DNA of 64,000 nucleotides from NCBI GenBank assembly GCA_030603365.1, contig JAUVXV010000011.1, forward strand, positions 79,307 to 143,306, written 5' to 3'. This document shows, piece after piece, positions 60,255 to 64,000 of this stretch; positions within the stretch are counted from its first letter, which is position 1, and each line of letters opens with the position of its first letter. The notes beneath the pieces are model-generated. The model was given only the letters and a program-made list of their open reading frames with translations. It searched no databases and was not told the origin of the DNA. Both the position numbers and the translations under genes were made by a program. Source of the DNA: Candidatus Heimdallarchaeota archaeon. Lineage in GTDB: Archaea > Asgardarchaeota > Heimdallarchaeia > Heimdallarchaeales > Heimdallarchaeaceae.

Positions 60255-61442
60255 ATGAAATTACTTCTTAATAGGATGGTGAAAAGACTTATGGCGTCTA
60301 CATCCGCTCAAAAAACAATCATCAACAAGCTAGACCAGAAAGACTTTCTGATAGACTGTGTTGATATAGCAATAAGTGAAGAATTAGGCTCTCCATACTT
60401 GATAGAATTATCAAAGGAGAGGAACGTGAAGAAAGGGGATATAACTAGCTGGGAAGACCTAGCTACTCATTTAGGATCAACTGATCCAAACATTTTCAGA
60501 GAAAGATCTGTTAATTATACAACTACTAAATGGGCACATGAATATTACGCTAAGACCCCTGGAGTAGAACTGCAAGTTGCAGAAACTGGTGGAACTACTG
60601 GACCCCCCAAGAAGAATATTCTTCTGGCAAATACTACAAGACAAGACTTTGAAGAAATGGACTATTTCTCAATGGAAACAGATACTTTCAATGTATTAGT
60701 CAAACTCTGTTTAGACCAATTCAGGGATTTCAATATTCCTTTGCATTTGACATACTTAGCTACTGTACCTACAGGACCTCATACCATTGGCAAATGGACA
60801 ATCAAGAGCTTTGAAAGAGACATTGCTAAATCTATCTTTATGATAGACATGGACCCACGTTGGGTTAAGAAAGCAGCAATGATCGACCCCAAAATGATGG
60901 GCATGTACCTACAACATATGCAAGATCAAACTGAGGCACTAGTCAAACAGGAATTTCCATTCATTGAAGGACTATTTACTACTGGAGTGTTAATTGAGAA
61001 ATCCTTCCCAATGATACAAGCACTCAGAAACAAAGGTAACCTCAAAGTAATAGTTCATGGTGGTACTCCATTAAACAATGAAACCTTGAAAGTTCTTAAG
61101 GAAGATATGGGCTTACCTGTTTGTGGATTTTACGGACAGAGTTTGTTCGGAACAGCCTTCGAATCTCCTGATCATGAAGGTTATAATATCGATTATTTTC
61201 CACATCCGCGAATGAATATGTTTGTGGTTTCTGACGAAAACGATATCTCTACTCGAGTTAACTATGGTGAAGAAGGTACTGTTGTTTCTCAACGTATCAG
61301 TCCTGAGACTGTTATTCCTGCCTTAGTTCAGAATGGTGATATTGCTCATTTGATCAAGCCTAAAGGTAAGTTCGACTATGCTGATGGTGTTCGTAACCCT
61401 CACAGAGACCTTTCTCAAGACCAACAGATGGGAGTTTACTAA
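60255..61442 (+). CDS. EhpF-like ANL-superfamily adenylating enzyme (phenazine-tailoring family; PaaK-related)
   Basis: ETGGTTGPPK P-loop, PTGPH, IDMDPRWVKK, YLQHMQDQ, HGGT, YG.SL and RVNYGEEG; start may be at 60277 or 60292. Confidence 0.75.
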   Translation: MKLLLNRMVKRLMASTSAQKTIINKLDQKDFLIDCVDIAISEELGSPYLIELSKERNVKKGDITSWEDLATHLGSTDPNIFRERSVNYTTTKWAHEYYAKTPGVELQVAETGGTTGPPKKNILLANTTRQDFEEMDYFSMETDTFNVLVKLCLDQFRDFNIPLHLTYLATVPTGPHTIGKWTIKSFERDIAKSIFMIDMDPRWVKKAAMIDPKMMGMYLQHMQDQTEALVKQEFPFIEGLFTTGVLIEKSFPMIQALRNKGNLKVIVHGGTPLNNETLKVLKEDMGLPVCGFYGQSLFGTAFESPDHEGYNIDYFPHPRMNMFVVSDENDISTRVNYGEEGTVVSQRISPETVIPALVQNGDIAHLIKPKGKFDYADGVRNPHRDLSQDQQMGVY

Positions 61443-61489
61443 TTCGTTCTTTACTTTTTCAACCTTAGGGAGGTTGGTTTTTCTTTTCT
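61410..61489 (+). repeat. Direct repeat R1 (80 bp): last codons and terminator of the EhpF-like gene
   Basis: 76 of 80 nt identical to 62171..62250; contains a caacct/aggttg hairpin and a T-tract. Confidence 0.95.
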
Positions 61490-61528
61490 ATATTTTCCTT
61501 CTATTGTCGATAATTTTATTTACTTTCG

Positions 61529-61546
61529 TGTATACTACAGTATACA
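61529..61546 (+). promoter_or_regulatory. Palindromic operator of vapBC
   Basis: tgtatact-ac-agtataca abutting the antitoxin ATG, the typical position for TA autorepression. Confidence 0.65.
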
Positions 61547-61758
61547 TGAAAACTATTACTATTTCGGATGAGATTTACAATAAGCTAATTCAAATCAAAG
61601 GAAATAGAAGTTTTAGTCAGTTGATAGATGATCTTATAACAAAAGATGTTGAGAAGCGTATTGATTTACTTATTGAGTCAGCTAAGAAAACTGGTTATGA
61701 AAAGGAATTAGAGGAGATTTCCACGAAAATTAGAGCCAATTTTAAGGTGCGAACATGA
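61546..61758 (+). CDS. vapB: Antitoxin, archaeal VapB (DUF217-like)
   Basis: MKTITISDEIYNKL...RSFSQLIDDL; ATGA overlap with the PIN gene. Confidence 0.85.
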   Translation: MKTITISDEIYNKLIQIKGNRSFSQLIDDLITKDVEKRIDLLIESAKKTGYEKELEEISTKIRANFKVRT

Positions 61759-62162
61759 AAATTCTCTTAGATACCTCGTTCTTGATTGAACTTAAAAAAG
61801 GTAACAAAAAAGCACTAAATATATTAATAGATAGAAAGAAAAAAACTCAAGATATACTTGTAAGCTCTTTAACTGTTTATGAATTGCTTGTTGGAGCTCA
61901 CTACATTCTAAAGAAGCATGATGATATCAAAGAACTCAAGCAAATTCAAGAAATGCTACAAAACCTTACGGAAGCTATTATTGATATTAAGGTGATTTGG
62001 AAAGCAGCTGAACTGAAAGCCGATTTACTGGTCTCAGGTGTTACTGTACCAGATATAAACATTATAATAGCTTGTTCAGAAGAAGCTGAAATTCTAACTT
62101 ATGATAAAGGTTTCCAACCATTAACCAATTTTGGTTTCAAAGTAACTATTTTGGAAAGATAA
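61755..62162 (+). CDS. vapC: PIN-domain toxin
   Basis: ILLDTSFLI, TVYELLVG, PDINIIIA and LTYDKGF. Confidence 0.9.
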   Translation: MKILLDTSFLIELKKGNKKALNILIDRKKKTQDILVSSLTVYELLVGAHYILKKHDDIKELKQIQEMLQNLTEAIIDIKVIWKAAELKADLLVSGVTVPDINIIIACSEEAEILTYDKGFQPLTNFGFKVTILER

Positions 62163-62170
62163 CTTGAAGT

Positions 62171-62250
62171 CTTTCTCAAGACCAACAAATGGGAGTCTAC
62201 TAATTCGTTCTTTATTTATTCAACCTTAGGGAGGTTGGTTTTTCTTTTCT
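62171..62250 (+). repeat. Direct repeat R2 (80 bp)
   Basis: Second copy of 61410..61489; still encodes LSQDQQMGVY*. Confidence 0.95.
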
Positions 62251-62261
62251 TATTCATGTTT

Positions 62262-62663
62262 CTATGAAGTGCTTGTCTGTGTTGTTTTTGTTTGTCCAAC
62301 CAGTGATAAAATCCCCCCTGATAGAACAAATAGTCCTCCTGGTCCTCCAGTCACAAAACCAATAAGTATTAAGATTACAGCAACAGCAGTAATATCTTTA
62401 ATCCACGGACCAGTTTTCGTTTTCTTTTGTAACCATTCCCAAATTAGGAAGAGAACTAATACTCCTGAAAGAAACATTATCAAACCATTCAACCAATTGA
62501 TTCCTGTGAAAGAAAGAAAAGACATTCCGCCTACAACATCTAATCCTCTTGCTGCTCTTGCTTCAGAGATGATGGTCAATATACCTTGAATCACAAGAAT
62601 AAATCCACCAGTTAATGAATTTATTTTTCCGCAAGTTAGTCCGCAAGTTCGTATATCTAACAT
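62262..62663 (-). CDS. small membrane protein
   Basis: Gly-rich hydrophobic helices, with a TTTATATAT box about 20-30 nt upstream. Confidence 0.7.
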   Translation of the reverse strand: MLDIRTCGLTCGKINSLTGGFILVIQGILTIISEARAARGLDVVGGMSFLSFTGINWLNGLIMFLSGVLVLFLIWEWLQKKTKTGPWIKDITAVAVILILIGFVTGGPGGLFVLSGGILSLVGQTKTTQTSTS

Positions 62664-62816
62664 AAGAAAACTTGAGTAGTAGTATATATAAATCTACAGC
62701 AAGATATGATTTTTGATTAATTAAGAGAGATCAGTTTTCTTATTGCTAGAGTTGTAGATACTTAGTTTAGTTCTCCACATTAGAAGAGTAGATTTTCTTT
62801 TCTTTCATTTCTCAAC

Positions 62817-63020
62817 CTAAAGAGCATTAGCATATTTCTTGTATGCTTTAGGAGTATTTTTCGTCAGTTTTTCGTCTGCTGTTATTAGCTCTCCTTGTTT
62901 AATTTTCGCTAATACAACATAAACTGAATCATAGAAAGTTAATTCACTCCTTTTTGCAATCGAAATAGCTTCTTTAGCTAATTCCAGTTCTAAGTCATGA
63001 AACCCTATTCCATAATTCAA
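62817..63020 (-). pseudogene. C-terminal half of a VapC/PIN toxin
   Basis: LTFYDSVYVVLAK...LITADEKL; lacks the N-terminal DTS motif and any antitoxin. Confidence 0.75.
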
Positions 63021-63139
63021 TTATGAAAAAAATTGTTGCTGAAACGAGGAAAATTATATTCCTCGAAACAAATTATCTTGAGAAGTAGTTTTTTAAGAAA
63101 AGATGTAAGGAAAAAAAAGTAAACTAGCACTTAAGCTAG

Positions 63140-64000
63140 TTATATCTTTTTGCGCTTTTTATTAATGAGAAGACTTATGACCACGGCACAAACGAAGATT
63201 CCAAATAGAAAAGTCCCAACATAAGCTAATTCAGGAGCTGTGGCCATATAAGATTCTTCCATCATCCAGAAGTTACCGTGACCTGATTCATCCATTATTA
63301 TTGTTCCATTATCAATATGTTTATTTTCCCAATTGATGAAAGATTTAGCTTCTTCTAAGAGACCTGTATGTATATTTACTGAAGTTTTAATCGTTGCTTC
63401 TAATATTTCTAAAGTTTCATAGATTGAACTCAAAACTAGGTCATAATAGTAGAGATATAATTCAATTACGAATGAATCAGAATCCATACTAAAGTTATAA
63501 TTCACACTATAAGATTGTTCATAAGTTGTGCCTGTTATCTCAGTAGTTGAATTGCTTTCGTCTTCATAAGAATCATCCTCAAACTCTTCAAATATTTGTT
63601 CATAAAGATTATAGGTGCCTGTAGAGTTGACATATTTAGTAGGGGATATTAAGAAATTGGTAGTTGATGAGAATAAATAATACATCCAAATATAGCCTAA
63701 CATCATTGGGTCAGGATTAGGAATTAAGATCCCATTAACATAGACTTCATACCAAGTATCATTAGCTGTATCAGGATCTTCAGTTATGTCCAATCTGATT
63801 TGGTCACTTTCATTTATTCGAACATCACCGATATAGAAATCGTCTGGGGTTTCATACCGATCCCCGACTATATCAAGAGTTTTGACAATCCAAGTAAAGG
63901 AGTTTCCGGGATATATAACATCTGAGAAAACTAAAGTACCAGTAGGATAATCTGCAGTTGTCGATACAGTACTGGAAATAAGTACAAAGATAGTGAAAAC
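63140..64000 (-). CDS. Secreted surface protein with PEL-type C-terminal anchor (start lies beyond the right edge)
   Basis: Frame is open to 64000 (VFTIFVLISSTVSTTADYPTG...FTWIVK), i.e. the end of a signal peptide; C-terminus APELAYV, a TM and KKRKKI. Confidence 0.75.
   Translation of the reverse strand, partial: VFTIFVLISSTVSTTADYPTGTLVFSDVIYPGNSFTWIVKTLDIVGDRYETPDDFYIGDVRINESDQIRLDITEDPDTANDTWYEVYVNGILIPNPDPMMLGYIWMYYLFSSTTNFLISPTKYVNSTGTYNLYEQIFEEFEDDSYEDESNSTTEITGTTYEQSYSVNYNFSMDSDSFVIELYLYYYDLVLSSIYETLEILEATIKTSVNIHTGLLEEAKSFINWENKHIDNGTIIMDESGHGNFWMMEESYMATAPELAYVGTFLFGIFVCAVVISLLINKKRKKI

Noticed and set aside
61378-61545. N-terminal 56 aa of the 126-aa ORF
   Set aside because: It runs through the upstream gene's end, terminator and promoter; the antitoxin starts at ATG 61546.
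1-64000. CRISPR array, rRNA, integrase or transposase
   Set aside because: No regularly spaced short repeats, no long GC-rich rRNA-like tract, and no recombinase or transposase motifs in any ORF.

Overview
A 64-kb, AT-rich, gene-dense chromosomal segment. It is almost certainly from an Asgard archaeon, most likely Heimdallarchaeia. This assignment is inferred from TATA-box promoters about 25-45 nt before start codons, oligo-T terminators, a Sar1/Arf-like GTPase fused to a longin/roadblock domain, a longin+DENN (folliculin-like) protein, LRR and long TPR proteins, several NosD-type beta-helix surface proteins and PEF-like C-terminal anchors. Metabolic genes include an MFS transporter, a CPA2 antiporter with a CBS protein, an FrhB-family protein, a Nudix CoA pyrophosphatase, ftcD/fchA, lat, guaB, DegV, tdh, acdA and a GGR-family reductase. 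They are interleaved with accessory genes: a type III PKS, an RLI-ferredoxin-fused reductive dehalogenase, an EhpF-like adenylating enzyme, a radical SAM/SPASM enzyme, an S8 protease, an LVIVD protein and vapBC. I saw no rRNA, canonical tRNA, CRISPR array, integrase or transposase. The strongest unexplained signals are four. (1) A 919-aa surface protein made of eight Ig-like repeats, each with an invariant first-strand Gln and last-strand Cys, suggesting Cys-Gln thioester-stapled domains. (2) A 90-nt three-way-junction RNA with its own TATA box upstream of lat. (3) A cluster of GTPase-longin, folliculin-like and AbrB-uDENN-wHTH genes. (4) Near-identical gene-boundary repeats (276, 55 and 80 bp) flanking strongly diverged or inserted cargo genes and orphan 3' gene ends, suggesting homology-anchored cassette exchange. 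All family calls come from recalled motifs, not database searches.
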